Under the pieces are notes generated by a model, which worked only from the letters and a program-made list of their open reading frames with translations, was not told the origin of the DNA and made no database searches. A stretch of 63,096 bases of DNA, counting the filler, from Reticulomyxa filosa (taxonomy: Eukaryota > Protista > Foraminifera): NCBI GenBank assembly GCA_000512085.1. It is 17 parts of 17 records of this genome, joined end to end, with 100 filler letters (N's around TTAATTAATTAA, not from the genome) between each part and the next. Parts side by side here need not be neighbours in the genome. Positions count along the whole stretch, not along the records: positions 34,900 to 38,501 come from ASPP01010484.1; positions 38,602 to 44,008 come from ASPP01013350.1; positions 44,109 to 49,071 come from ASPP01014374.1; positions 49,172 to 51,661 come from ASPP01006440.1; 13 more parts are not named here. The stretch is one strand, 5' to 3'. Below, one piece after another: positions 36,569 through 49,677 of this stretch; within the stretch, counting starts at the first letter, position 1, and each line of letters begins with the position of its first letter. Position numbers and translations under genes: made by a program.

Positions 36569-37309
36569 ATGCTTGGTTCTTCTTCAGTGACCCCAGGATT
36601 GGAAGACGATGTTGGTTCTGAAAGTGGAAGTGTTCGGCCAACTGAGCTAAACTACACGAACACGTTATATTATTGCACACAATTGGGACAACTAAACCTC
36701 TCCGGAGATAGTCAGACGAAGGACACACAGTCACCATCCCAAGTGGTGTTTCCCAATAATCACGTGTGTTTAGGATTTCCAACTCATTACAGCTCAGCTT
36801 CAGCGAATAATGACGGTATGGATATGAACTTATGGCTTTATGCCAATGGCGCCAGAAGTGCGCCCATTGATCAGCTTCGTGTTGGGGTGACCCCGAGCCA
36901 AGACATTGCCAACAATGGATTCTTTGGATCTTTGATAAGTGTCGCCATAGCATTGACAATGGCACTGTTCAGTCACATGATATTGAGAAGCATCAATCAA
37001 TGGATATATGAAGCGGATACCAGTGGCTGGCAAATGCCAACCATTTATGCATTGTATTTATTGTGCGATATCGTGACTATTGGTTTGATTTGGAAATGCT
37101 CACTTTCTGCTTTGCCATTGGTATTTGTCGTATATTTGACAGATTGCCTGTTCTCTCTATTATGGATGGATCGCATTATCCATTTATTGCAATGGTTGAA
37201 TGTGGTCGTTACTGTTTTCTTATTTGACACTTACTTGGATTTGTGTTTTGGAAAATGGCATTTTCTCATAAGCGAGCACAGCTTAAATGAATTGGATCGA
37301 TTGCAATAA
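36569..37309 (+). CDS. Hypothetical membrane protein, 246 aa
   Basis: ATG-initiated ORF, GC-richer than its flanks, with about four hydrophobic segments in the C-terminal half. Confidence 0.6.
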   Translation: MLGSSSVTPGLEDDVGSESGSVRPTELNYTNTLYYCTQLGQLNLSGDSQTKDTQSPSQVVFPNNHVCLGFPTHYSSASANNDGMDMNLWLYANGARSAPIDQLRVGVTPSQDIANNGFFGSLISVAIALTMALFSHMILRSINQWIYEADTSGWQMPTIYALYLLCDIVTIGLIWKCSLSALPLVFVVYLTDCLFSLLWMDRIIHLLQWLNVVVTVFLFDTYLDLCFGKWHFLISEHSLNELDRLQ

Positions 37310-37667
37310 TAGCAATCCAGATGTCAAAAAATTTTTTTTTTTTTTAAATATAAATTGTTTGCGTTCGTTGCTATAACACTAAATTGAATCTCTAATTTTC
37401 ATTAGGACAATTGCCCATCTTTTTTTTTTTTTCCTCCTCTCCTCTTTCATTCCGCTTGACATCAAAAGTATTTGTGAATTTCGTCAGCTGTTCCATTTTG
37501 TAACTAAACACCATTGAACCAATTATATGAATTTTTTAAAAAAGGGGTACCTCAACAAACTTTTTATTTTGGTTTAAAGAAATATTTAAACATTTTTTAT
37601 ATTGTACACAAAACCTTCCAAAAGTGACTTTCGAACACACACAAAAAAAAAGCTAAAAAAAATTGTA

Positions 37668-38395
37668 TTAATTGTTGTATTGCGCGGGCAAGGCAAAAGA
37701 ATAAGAAGGAGCATTGACGACTCGCAACTTTTGCAATTGCTCAATGCAACAATGTAAGCAATACTTTCCAAGACAGGTGTTGCAAGGATGGCATAGTCGG
37801 TCGAATTTTTTTTGGTTGACTCGATACGTAAGAAAAATGCACCATGCACTTACATTGGTATCGATGACGTCACATGTGACCCATCCCGTCAATGACAAAG
37901 TTGTCAGTGCCAATACTGTTGTCATCATACCGACAACTAACCAAACAAACAAACAAACAAACAGATAAAAATTTATTTGAACTTTATTCTCATGTACCTC
38001 CTTCCTCTATACAATTTGCTTGTTTGTTTATTTGTCCAAAACTGGCCAAAGTAAAGTATTTGTGAATACTGTACCAAAAGTGATACAATTCCCAATCATC
38101 GGGAGAGGATCGACGACGCTGCATTTGACACAGTTTGCATATGAATAGACAGGTGGTGACAAAGGATATGCAAGGATCCCAAAATGCACTGATCAATTCA
38201 ACCCAAGCCTCTGGGCTTGCACTGCAATATCGCGTCCCATTATGTATGATTTCGGTTCCTTTCCAATACTCCCATGATACCACCATTTGGCACACAAAAC
38301 CACCAACCAATGTTCCATAAATTATCCAATATCCTATCCTTGGCAATTGATATTCTGTTGCATTACAAAATGCTACATCCAAGCGCTTCACAAAA
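37668..38395 (-). CDS. GPCR-like 7TM protein, C-terminal part (5' truncated)
   Basis: Successive TM helices with an extracellular-loop Cys (TRYCS), WDPCISFVTTCLFICKL and IDTNVSAWCIFLTY, and a Cys-rich tail (LCHPCNTCLGKYCLHCC). One intron at about 37937..38042. Confidence 0.6.
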
Positions 38396-38407
38396 AATAA
38401 GTATAAA

Positions 38408-38442
<35 letters not shown>

Positions 38443-38601
38443 TTATATTTTTATGTGTCTATATTTTTATATACATATACAATTTTTTTTTTTTTTTTTT
38501 TNNNNNNNNNNNNNNNNNNNNNNNNNNNNNNNNNNNNNNNNNNNNTTAATTAATTAANNNNNNNNNNNNNNNNNNNNNNNNNNNNNNNNNNNNNNNNNNN
38601 N

Positions 38602-39105
38602 CAACATCAACAACATCAACAACAGCATCAACACCAACGACAACATTCTCGACATCAACAAATAAGTTCTCCTGGCAGCATAAAGGCTCTCAATAATGGA
38701 GATGCATCATCTGTCTCGCCCCCTCCGATCGATCAAGCCATGCTCTCGTTTCATAACAACAGCTGTGCGTTTTTGGAAACAGAAGAAGAAAATAACAATG
38801 GCAAACACGACGAAAAGAAGCACTTACAGACACAAATACACACAACAAGTGACAGTGTGTCGCAAATGCCCCAGAAAATTATGTCTCCGTTGTCCCAACA
38901 AGAAATGCAAACGGACGCACGTCTTTCGCAAGAAGAGTGTAGTAGCAGTGAAAACAGCAAGCACCACTCGACACGTCGCCATCATGCTATTCCAACAAAA
39001 CTCGATTCCCAACTTCGTATCAAATCTGCCAATAGAAACAGTGTCAGTGTTGGAACTAACACTACCTCTCCGACCCCACCACAACATATGTCCGATATTG
39101 ACTGA
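38602..39105 (+). CDS. 3' fragment of a low-complexity Gln/His/Ser-rich protein
   Basis: Open frame from the contig start (QHQQHQQQ...) to TGA at 39105. Confidence 0.45.
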   Translation, partial: QHQQHQQQHQHQRQHSRHQQISSPGSIKALNNGDASSVSPPPIDQAMLSFHNNSCAFLETEEENNNGKHDEKKHLQTQIHTTSDSVSQMPQKIMSPLSQQEMQTDARLSQEECSSSENSKHHSTRRHHAIPTKLDSQLRIKSANRNSVSVGTNTTSPTPPQHMSDID

Positions 39106-41464
39106 TCCAAGGTAATAATCGTTTTTTTTTACTTCTATTTTTTTTTTTGTTTTTTTATTTTTTATTTTTTTTTTTTTTGCTCGTGTATCTCAGTCTTTCT
39201 TTTTTGTTTTTGTTTGTTTTGTTTGTTTTTGTTTTTGTTTGACTTGTCTGTCCAAAATTTCTATCGATGGTACAAACTTTCTTCTTTATTCCATTGTCCT
39301 AAGTAGGCGCTTCAATACTAAAAACGATTGTCCTTGAGCTCTTTTTGTTAGTTTTTTTATTTTGTTGTCTTTTTTTCATTTTGAAAATAATAGTGTGCGT
39401 TCATTTCGTTGACTGGCACAAAAGTAAAAAATCCTTTGTTTTTTTCTAAATGCGTTATTGTTTTGGTTGTAACGCAACTCTCTACTACTATCTTTGTTCT
39501 CTGCAAAGGGTGGTCATATTTAAACTATTACTATTGAAGTCTAAAATATAGCTCTTTGGATTGTCTTTTGAATTACTTGGAAAGTAACTGTCGCATTTTG
39601 TAATATTGATAATGCTTGTTCAGTTCAAGCTTAAAAAAATGTTGTTTCTTCCGTATAATATATTGTTCAACGCCAACTTTAAACGAAAGAAGAGTGTAAA
39701 TTAATTGATTATCCAAGTAAATGATAATATTCACTTGAACAGGTTATGAGAGCACAGAAATGAAGACAATCGAGCATAATTTTCTTATTATTATTGTAAA
39801 GTTCGGGTATAATGACCAAAATTCATTTTCAGAAATCCTCGAAAGATATTTGCAATTAAAAATGAAAACAAATAGGTTGGTGTGAAGATTGAAACATTAA
39901 ATCATAAATTTGATAACACTGCATACATTAAAAATTAAAAAGAGGAAAAATCTATGAATATTAATTGTATTTTTTATTTGAATTGATGTCGTTTTTTGCT
40001 GGTTTGTCCAAGGCCAAGAAACTTTCATATTGCACTTTGTGCTGCGTCACATTTATTGAGCGTTAACAGTACTAAATGAATTGATGACACTTCCACAATG
40101 CAAAATGTTACAACATTTGTGAATTGATTGCTATTTTTTCATGGAGCAGAAGGGAACTGTTCATAATGAGATCATTTCGTTTGTTCGGCACTAGTTGTTA
40201 CCTTTCTATGTTTTTGATCATTTATCAAAATGGTTACGAGTGAATTTTCGAGTACAATCAAATATTAGATTTTGCATATGCGTATTGACTGCTTTACTTA
40301 TCGAACATTAAATAATATCATATTTCGGACATATTGGCAATGTTATCATTGCTGTTTACGAAGATTTGAAGTGCTGCAATATCAACAATATCACAAGGAT
40401 ATATGCTTTTGATTAATTATTATATGGATAAATTAATAACGAAATCAATAAAAAATTAATTGTTTGTTTGTTATGGTACATACAGGTGTAAAATTCTTGA
40501 TAATGAAAGTTTTGATTTAAAAGTAACAACAATTTTAAATCGCAATAACGTTAAAAGCAACAGAATAAAATTCAAAATAACAAAAATTTGCAAAAAATAT
40601 TTGTTTAAATGTTTGTTTTTCAGAGGGATTATATTCATAATGTGACATTTTCGTGTGTAATTTTTTAAAATAGAATTTGCGTTGAAATTGTGCATTCCAT
40701 AACAAATAAAAGTTGTCCTTTTTGATCTTTGAGTATTTTAATGATTGTTGAGTTGGTTTATTAATCAATGACACTTAACAATGGAATATGAATTAATGCA
40801 ATCAAAAAGAAAAAAAGTGTTTTTAAATTTTAAGTGGCGCACAAACACAAAACGTTCGCCATTAAAAACAGAAAAAGATGTTAAACATGCAAAACTTTAA
40901 GTGATAATTTTTATGTGCAATTTATCAAAATCATATGAAAAAAAATTGTTTTTATCAATCATAAAAGAAAGTTATTATAAAACCAATTTCCATTTAAAAA
41001 CTCAAGATTCGAATATTGTTCAGTTTTTTCTGTAGCTTACTATACATATACCACCAGTGCTTTTGTTGCTTGTCATTTATTATTTTAAATATGTTCTTAA
41101 ATTATCCTTGATTTATGGAAACGTTTTTACAAACGAAAATTGTCAAACAATTATCAGTGGAAGATAAATAAAATATTTTTGTATACGATATAATTTTATA
41201 AAAGGTATTATATGCAATTTTTGGTAAACTTTTATAACTGTTTACTATATCAAACATAATGCCTTAGAGTGGAAAAAAATAGGAATGTATTTTTTAGTTA
41301 AGGATTGAATCACAAAAACTCACTCCAAAACTTGTTTCAAAAAACTTTCAAATGAATGATTGAAAAAAGGGAGCATCGCTCAAAGGGTTTAACAATTCTT
41401 TTATGCACCACACACAAAAAAAAATCCACAAAAAATAAAAATTTTGAAAAATATGCTCTTTACA

Positions 41465-41957
41465 TCATTTTAACTTCATCATTGCTTGCGTAGCATGTTG
41501 GCAATTGGAAGTTAATACGTTATATGACGTACCACCTGCGCTGACATAATCCTTAACTTTTGAACCGTGAATACTCTTTGGTTCCATTCCTTTAACAGGC
41601 TCCCATCCTTTTGACATATTGTTAGCTGAAGTAACGATTGTTTTACTTGAATTGCCAAAGTCAGATCCTTTGTGAACCAAATACTGACCGCCATTTTTCA
41701 AAGTTATACGTACGCCTTCATGATGAAACTTGCCAAATCCTGTTTGTAGTTTTGCAAATTTATCCTCCAAAAAAAAAACTTTAAAGCAAATTACCTACAC
41801 TGCCATTTGAACTTGACAAATTTCTCCTTAAAGGCTCCGCTCTGACTACATCTGAATTATATAATTGATGCAATCCTGATTTATTCATGTCACTTTTGCT
41901 TGGAGTAATTCTGGACGGTTCTGAGCCTGAATATGAACTTGAGCTTTCAGAGCCCAT
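41465..41957 (-). CDS. Permuted papain-like (NlpC/P60, LRAT/PPPDE-like) small enzyme
   Basis: HHEGVRITL..YLVHKG (His, His) precedes YNVLTSNCQH (catalytic NC), the permuted order. ATG 41957 gives MGSESS. A short intron (41765..41798) is needed to join the frames. Confidence 0.75.
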
Positions 41958-43385
41958 TTCTTTGACAAACAAAAAAACACGCTCAATTTTGTTTTGGAGT
42001 TGTTTGTATAAATTATTTTTACTACCTGCACGTTAAAAACGAGAAAATAATACCAACAAGTAAAAAAGACAAATTGAAAAGAGTATTTTGAGTGAGCAAC
42101 TAGGAGGGTACTCTAGGATATTTTAGCTGCAAAAAACTAATCAGTTAGCATAAAATACATTATTCTTATTTTTTTGAAATTTTTTGTATATTTTAAAAAA
42201 ATTTTCACTTCAAACGTTGTTTTCATACAACAAAACGAAAAAAGTTAACAGTTGCCAGTCTCATATCATGAAAGCTGACATTTTTTTAAACATTTTAAAA
42301 AGAAATTTTAATAATTTTTTTGTATAATTTATTTAAAAAACTAAAAATTACAGCTGAAACAAATAACAAAAAATTAATTTATAACTACAAAAACAAGAAT
42401 TACCGAAAAAGCAAAAAAATAAAATAAATAATGGCAAAGTAACTTTAATTTAAGGATAACATTTCGATTGTGCAATGAGAACAATTTTTCAAGATGGTTT
42501 AATTTTATCATGTTCACAAACAACTAAGATATAGCGTGCACAATCAGGAATGTGTCGGAATAGTGCACGTGACTAAGTGTAATACGAAAAATTTGTTCCT
42601 AAAAAAAACTTTGAGTAAAACGAAAATAAATTAAATAAAGGTAAATTCACAAAAGATAAAGAATAACAAAAACATGAAAGAAAGTTGTCTAAGGAGAGTT
42701 TTGTCCACTGGGGGGCTCCACAGTTCCTTCGAAACTTCGCCGTACACGGCAGGGACTTGCCTTACAAATGCAGCTGCGAAAATGGGGATATAAACCTTTT
42801 TTCAGCAGACAAACTATTGTCCATGTTTAAGAACAATCCCGGATTTCGTGACGAGGGTTCAAACTTGAGGACCATTGAAATATAATACAGATTGAATCAA
42901 GCAAGAAGATTTGCTAATGTTTTTTCTTTGCATTCTTTTATGTTTGAACCTTCCAAATAAGAATGTGTTAATATTATTCCTTTTGTCATATATAATTATT
43001 TACTTGATCAAATAACACACGGATCGTGTCATCCTCTAACCAGAATATATTGCATTCGCATCACCGACTCTATCGCATCTTAAAATGATTACTTTTCCGT
43101 GAAAAATTAACAACTGGTTCACTCTGTAGCAAATTTTGTTAGCCAATTGCGGCTTTAGTTGATTGTTCAGTTCTATTATGTCTGTCTCTGCAGGCATTTA
43201 ATCATGAGACATATAATAAATTTAACAGCAAATGTCTCGATTGTATCCTGAAAAATTTTCTTTAATTTTTGAAGGAAATTATATATATTACAATGTAATT
43301 CATTCTCTTGATTTTGTTGCTGTAACAGCACAAAACAAGTAATATGACGTGGGTTCGTAGTAGTTGAAGTAATCATAGGTTTTTT

Positions 43386-43957
43386 TAAATATATGTGAAA
43401 GTAGCATCTGAGAAGGAACAGCTCTGCAGTGAAAAGATGTCAAGCAATGTGGAAAGAGAAAAGCGTCGTTTGGAACGCTTAAAAAAGATTTGGATATGCA
43501 GCAGAAGAAATTGGACGAAGAGAAGTCGCGTTTAAAAACAGAAAAAAAACGATGGAGATGGAAAAAAACAAGATCGAGCGTCAAGAAAAAATGTTGCGCG
43601 TGCAGCAAATTGCAGCTGCACGTTCTCCGGTCTCAAGTCCCAGAGCGTCTAACCGCGACCAGACGTCCATTGTTGAGTGTCCATTTCCCCAAAGTTGGGA
43701 AGAAGGGGTCTATTCATTAAAAAAAAAGGGGGGGGAGGAGGGATGATGAAAAGAAGGAAAAAAAAGATTAATGCCTATGCGTATTAAAAAATAATAATAA
43801 TAGCCACGTGCGCAAAAAGTGGACAATGAATTAAATGAATGGAAAAAAAGATACGAAGCAAAATCGAAGCAAGCACGTGAGGAGAAGTTGCGAGCAGACG
43901 AGTTGGAGAATGAAGTACGTACACTAAAAAGGAACCTAAAAAATGTCAAATCTAAGT
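43386..43957 (+). pseudogene. Coiled-coil protein fragment with frameshifts
   Basis: E/K/R-rich frames that switch at poly-A runs, and an exon encoding NELNEWKKRYEAKSKQAREEKLRADELENEV. Confidence 0.35.
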
Positions 43958-44149
43958 AAGCAACAAAAAAAAAAAAAAAATGGACACACAAAAAAAAAAA
44001 AATTGTCTNNNNNNNNNNNNNNNNNNNNNNNNNNNNNNNNNNNNNNNNNNNNTTAATTAATTAANNNNNNNNNNNNNNNNNNNNNNNNNNNNNNNNNNNN
44101 NNNNNNNNTTTTTTTTTTTTTTTTTTGAAATTGCTTCTGGTATGACACA

Positions 44150-46792
44150 TCTGCAGACTTGGGCCAAGTACGTGAAATGAAATGGAGCGAAAGTGGCTCC
44201 GCGTTGGCAATTGCGTGGCAAAAGGGCATTGTCGTGTATTGCGTGTCGGGCGTTGTTGCGTTTTCGACATTACAATCACGGACTCAGACCACCCACTCGG
44301 GGGCTCTCAAAGGCGTCGACAAAACACCGCTGTTGACGTCACAAGAGAGCTTCCACAGAAATAAAGATCTGCCGGATGATCCACTCACTGAGTTTTTCCC
44401 TTCTTGTCTGGTTTGTGTCATTTCTCTTCACTATTTTTTTTTTTGTTTTGTTTTGTTGTGCATGTGCATATGCATGTACGTGTGTATGTGCAGAGATGGC
44501 TCCAAAAAGACAGTGGATTGGTAATGGTGACACACAAGATTGACTTGTACGAAGGAGATCCGTTGGACAGCTTATTGCGACACAAGTCGATAATGAAACA
44601 TTACGAAAAGGAAAAGGAAAAGAAAAAGAGAGAGCGTTTGTGTACAATGACGTCGGCTATCTCATTCAATTGCAGTGTATGCGGCATGCCATGGGCAATT
44701 TGGCTCAAAACGACATTGCCAAACTGGCTTTTTTGGGTTTTAATTATGTTTCTATTTGGAGACCGACGCACATTATCGATGATCCAGAAAGGTTATTGTT
44801 TGTGTTGTCAAAAGCATTTTTTTTAGTGTCTTTGTATTGTAAAACATATATATGTACATATATATATATACATATATATATATACATATATATATATATT
44901 GTATATGTGTATTGAATATTGCAGCACAGACTATTGGTCGCGTGTGGAAATCGAACCATCTTATCTAGCCAAACACGGACCGATTCGAGAATTGGCAGTG
45001 AATCCACAAAGTGACTGCTTTGCAGTGTCTGGAACTACCGGCCTGGCCTTGTACTATCGTAACGTGTCGCGATGGAGGTTTGCTCTCTTTCTCTCTTCCA
45101 ATGTGTGTGTTTTGTTTGTAATGTAAGCGCATTAATACAAACGACGAACAGAGTAGTCCGATCGTTGGATGGGGAAAAGCCACTGTTTGTGTGCGTCATG
45201 TCATGGGTGACAAATAAGTTGCTGTTGGTGGCAACGTTGACACCTCCCTCTCGTCACGACGGCGATGGTGGTGGTGGTGGTGGTGGCAGTGGCAACACGA
45301 GCAGCTCGGAATGGAAGTTGATATGTTTGGATAGCGACAACATCAAAGAGTGCTTTGACCCAAACGACGGAGTCGCGCAATCCAGCGACAACTTGAAGAT
45401 AATGTTGGAGTTTCCATTCAAGGCCCATCCCATAGGAATGGAGGCAGTGGACGGCGACAAGCTGTTGGTATATTTTGTTGATGGTGTCATTCACGTGTAT
45501 GACATTGTCTTGCCAAAGCATTGGAAGAAAAAAACATACAAGCACGACTCGAATGGACACGCGGTCAACGTCACTCCCATCACTGCCACCTCCACTATCA
45601 AAAGTCAAGCCTCTTTTTTTTTTGGATTGGTTGACACCTCCTCCTCCTCCTCCTCCGCTTCGCAGTCACAGCAATATGACATTGCCGTTCGAAACATTTG
45701 TGTTTTGGCGCCATTTCAAACTTTAACTCCTCATCCTGTTTCTATTCGTTTGTGGAATTATTCCAACAGTTTTATATTTGTATTCATGTTCATTCTTTAT
45801 TGATAATCAATTTATATATGCACATATGCATAACACATATGTATATGAAGGGACAGGAGAAAATCTGACTGATCATTTTATTCGTCCTCACACTGGTGTT
45901 CATACGCACGAAACATCAACGTGGAGATTCCATGACCCCGGCTTCTGCATCATTTCATTGGATAGCGATCGTCGTTTGTATCGCATCAATCGCCACAACT
46001 CGCGTGAGCTGATCTGCGAACAGGTGCACGATTTTTATGTAATGAGAGAGTCTCGAGACAACAAGTATGGCGATATGTACTTGTGGACGTATGGACCTAA
46101 AGGCTTGCAACGGTGGTCCATATCTCTTGCTAATAATCATGAACACGAGCACGGGTCCAATAATTCTCCGCGGTCTTCGTCGCTGACCAGTCCACAGAAT
46201 AGCAACGAACATAGCGACGCTGACACATCCTCGAGCAATCCTACGTTGGAATGCTTGTTCGTGCTGCCCTATCATTCCCAAATGACGTGCATTGGGCTGT
46301 GTAACACATTGAACGTGTCCGTCAATGTTCGACGCATTATCCGCAAAAAACAGCCCACTTGCATGCCCAGGCTCACCGTCCACATCGATATTCGCAGCTA
46401 CTTGCACGTGTCCATTCAATACAAACTGGACACGGCGTCCATCGAAGAGTGCTTCGACTTTGTTTTGAAAGCCATTTCCGCGGGCGCTTGGAGATGTTTC
46501 AACGCTTTGGAACAGATTTTACGAAATTTTATTGTGGTTTGTATCTTTTTTTTTTTTTTTGTCACGTATACATTTATTATTCGAACACCAACTACTATCA
46601 TTGGCCGTTTTACAATATAAAAATAACTCAAAGGAATTGGAACAGAAGCAAAAGAAACAAAAAAAAGCAGCCAAGCCAACACTTGATTCAAACACTTCCT
46701 TTTCTCGGTTGTCTTTAGCTTCAACAACTTCGCGGGCCACCGAAATCGCCAATAGCCGTCGGGAACAGCAACTTTCGACCACCAACAATAAC

Positions 46793-46827
<35 letters not shown>

Positions 46828-47578
46828 TAAGTTCAATGAAAAGAAGAGCGATGGAACGTCCACAAACACCTTTGTCTTTGTTGACAAAGAAAAATCTGAT
46901 GAAAAAAAAGAAGAAAAAAAAACAAAGGGCGTGTTTCTAACTGTTTCCAAACCACAAACATCCTCTTCCAAAATTAACAAAGAAGAAAGCATTTTGCAAG
47001 CCAATCCGCTTCGTCATGAACCTGAAACTTCACTTTTCCATCAACAATCCCTTTTGATTGACGTTTCCATGCTCGATAATGATCAACATCATCCCGTTGC
47101 TTCACATAGACAAAAAGATTACAAAGTCGTGGCCTTTTTGAAAAAGTTTCCAGATTATCCTGGTTATTCACAAACACTTTCTCGTCTCCATACACATTTT
47201 TTTTTTTTTGTTGACTCATTGTGTCATATAACACCGGACAAAATAATTGTGACAGGCATTGTTGCAAATGTCGCAAGAAAAACTGAACCGTCGACGTGGA
47301 AATATTTGTTCAAAGTTTGTGGGACTCCCTTGGAATTAATCGAGTTGTCCATACAACGACAGCAGTTAACCACTGCAAGCAAATACTTGTATGTTCTCGA
47401 AAAAATTAACATCGCTTATGCCGTTCACTTCACTGCACTGTTGATGGAACTGTCTCTTGATGCGGGTGCTGACCATCTCTTATTGTCTCTTTTACGTTTT
47501 ATGGGAAAATTAAAGTTGATGTTGTCTGAAAGCCATTCCAAAAACATCACTTTTGATCAAGTACAAATTCCACTCTAG
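44150..47578 (+). CDS. RIC1: RIC1 (RAB6A-GEF complex subunit) homologue; multi-exon, 5' truncated
   Basis: MKWSESGSALAIAW, WSRVEIEPSYLAKHGPIRELAV..FAVSGTTGLALY..RWR, LWTYGPKGLQRW, and the RIC1 domain FLKKFPDY..VANVARKTEPSTWKYLFKVCGTP..LTTASKYLYVLE..LLRFM. Confidence 0.88.
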
Positions 47579-48900
47579 TCTTTGCTTCTTTCTTTATTGT
47601 TCGCCCTTTCTCGCTTCATTTGAGTCGAAATTGCATGTTTGTGTGTGGTGTTTTTTTTTCTTGAGATCAAAAGTATCAACACATTTAAAAAAAAAAACAA
47701 AAAGAAATAATTTTCTATTTTTTCATATTAAAAAAAATTTTGGAAAACACGTTCGACAAATGTCAAATTTTCCTTTTTAGTTGAGTTTTTTCCAAAAATA
47801 AATGATCCACTTTCTATGAAAAACTGGAGTATGTCTTTTTTAAAGTTGTTTGTGAAATTGTCGGAAAAATTAAAGAAATAATTTTATTTTTCATCTAGTG
47901 GAATAAATTTAAAAGAGAGTTTTAAAACATAAAATAAAGGTATTTCATACGAATCTACATTTTTAAATCTCATTTTTTTGTGGAGATGGTATGTTTGTTT
48001 ACTTGAACCTGAAGATGCAAGCCGTTAAAAAAGAGATAGAAAAAATTACATAAGAGCATATTCTAATGTAAAAGATTAATTTTTCTCTTAAAATATCAAA
48101 GACATATTTAATGAACTAAGTGGATATCCAACTGAAAATGTCTATTTCTTTTTTTGCTAAACATCCAAATTTTAAAAGCATCCATTTTTGTTCTGTTATG
48201 AATTCATTCAAGTTTTAAGATATTCAAGTATTAAAAAACATAAATTTGGACGATAATAACAATAAGTCTAGGCATCGTTGACAGTTTGGCTTTGACAATG
48301 TATCCGTATGTTTACTGTGGAAAAAATAGAACACAGAAACATTGTAATAAAAAAAACTTTCCAATCTCTTAAGTGTATATGCTTCGAAAAGCATGACAGA
48401 ACTAATAGTTCAAAAGGAAACAAAAAAGCAGATCAAAATGAAGTGGGAAAAACAGATCAAAATGAAAATAGAAAAACTGATAAAATGAAGCAGACAAAAA
48501 AGACCAAAACGAAACAGAAGAAACAGAGCAAAAGGAAGCAGAAAAAACAAATGGAAAAAAGATCAAAATAGATGAAAAAAAGACAGAAGGAACAGACGAA
48601 AAGCAATCAGGACAACCTCAACTGTTTTCAAAGTTATACTTTGTAAGACAATAATATATGTGACCAAAACGGCAGAGGGATGTCGAGTGCGATATACGCA
48701 TTTACAATGTTTGTGGAAACAGTCTGTCAGCATTCGTTTCAAGAAATCTGCAATTGAGTATGGAGCAAGCAGAAGATGATAGTGAATATTGGCGTTCAGT
48801 TTCAGAGATCAAAAGACAGTGGCCAGTTCGTGCAAAAAGATATTTGCATCAGGTCACTTATGAAAATGATGATGTATTCAGTGGTTGGACCTATGAACAA

Positions 48901-48990
48901 AAGGACGAAGAAGTTTTAGCCCAAGAGACTAACGCATATCAAAAAAAGGACGAAGAAGTTCCAACCCAAGAGACTAACGCATATCAAAAA
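48901..48990 (+). repeat. 2 x 45-bp tandem repeat (KDEEVLAQETNAYQK / KDEEVPTQETNAYQK)
   Basis: Directly visible, within a short ORF at 48754..48996. Confidence 0.9.
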
Positions 48991-49171
48991 GTTTAGCGTA
49001 ACGAAATTTTAACTCACGAAGTTGACAATCACTAATATAAATATACATATATATGTACATTTATATGTGTANNNNNNNNNNNNNNNNNNNNNNNNNNNNN
49101 NNNNNNNNNNNNNNNTTAATTAATTAANNNNNNNNNNNNNNNNNNNNNNNNNNNNNNNNNNNNNNNNNNNN

Positions 49172-49262
49172 TTTTGATTAAATGTTGTTTTTTTATTGAG
49201 AAACACAATCATCTCTATAAGGTAGCATTTTAGGTGTCAACTTTCTTTTTTATCTTACTGTA
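49172..49262. mobile_element. Tc1/mariner-like terminal repeat copy (partial, at contig start)
   Basis: AATCATCTCTATAAGGT..TTTTAGGTGTCAACTTT closely matches 60753..60790. Ends ACTG|TA. Confidence 0.75.
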
Positions 49263-49677
49263 TAATCTAATGTAGACACCAAAGTAAAGCTAGCAAAGTG
49301 ATAAAAACATCTAAAAATTTTTTCAAATCGTAAAAGGAAAAAATTGTTTAACCTGGAATGATTTTATTTAAAAGCCAGAATCATATTTAAAAACGTCAAC
49401 ATTTGTGCTAATTATGTTAAGATTGCAGAGTTTGGATCCATTTCGAGTTTTAAATGATGACACATATACTCTTAAAAGAATTATTCTAATAATAAATCTT
49501 GCATTATCCCAACTTTCTTTGTGGCTAGATTTGTTCACAATTTTTTTTCATTACATAGTGACAAACAAGAGGACCTTCCGGATAAGAGAAAAAACTCAAT
49601 ATTTGGAATGGAAAATTGATTAAAGTTAAATATTGACAAGATTTGCAGTACACGGTAGCATTATCAACTGAAAAAAC

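Noticed and set aside
42685-42885. GC-richer island as a possible ncRNA or small gene
   Set aside because: No tRNA, snRNA or rRNA motif and no recognisable protein in any frame I translated.
47870-48150. Possible Tc1 transposase C-terminal relic (ends SGYPTEN)
   Set aside because: Too degenerate to support without an alignment.
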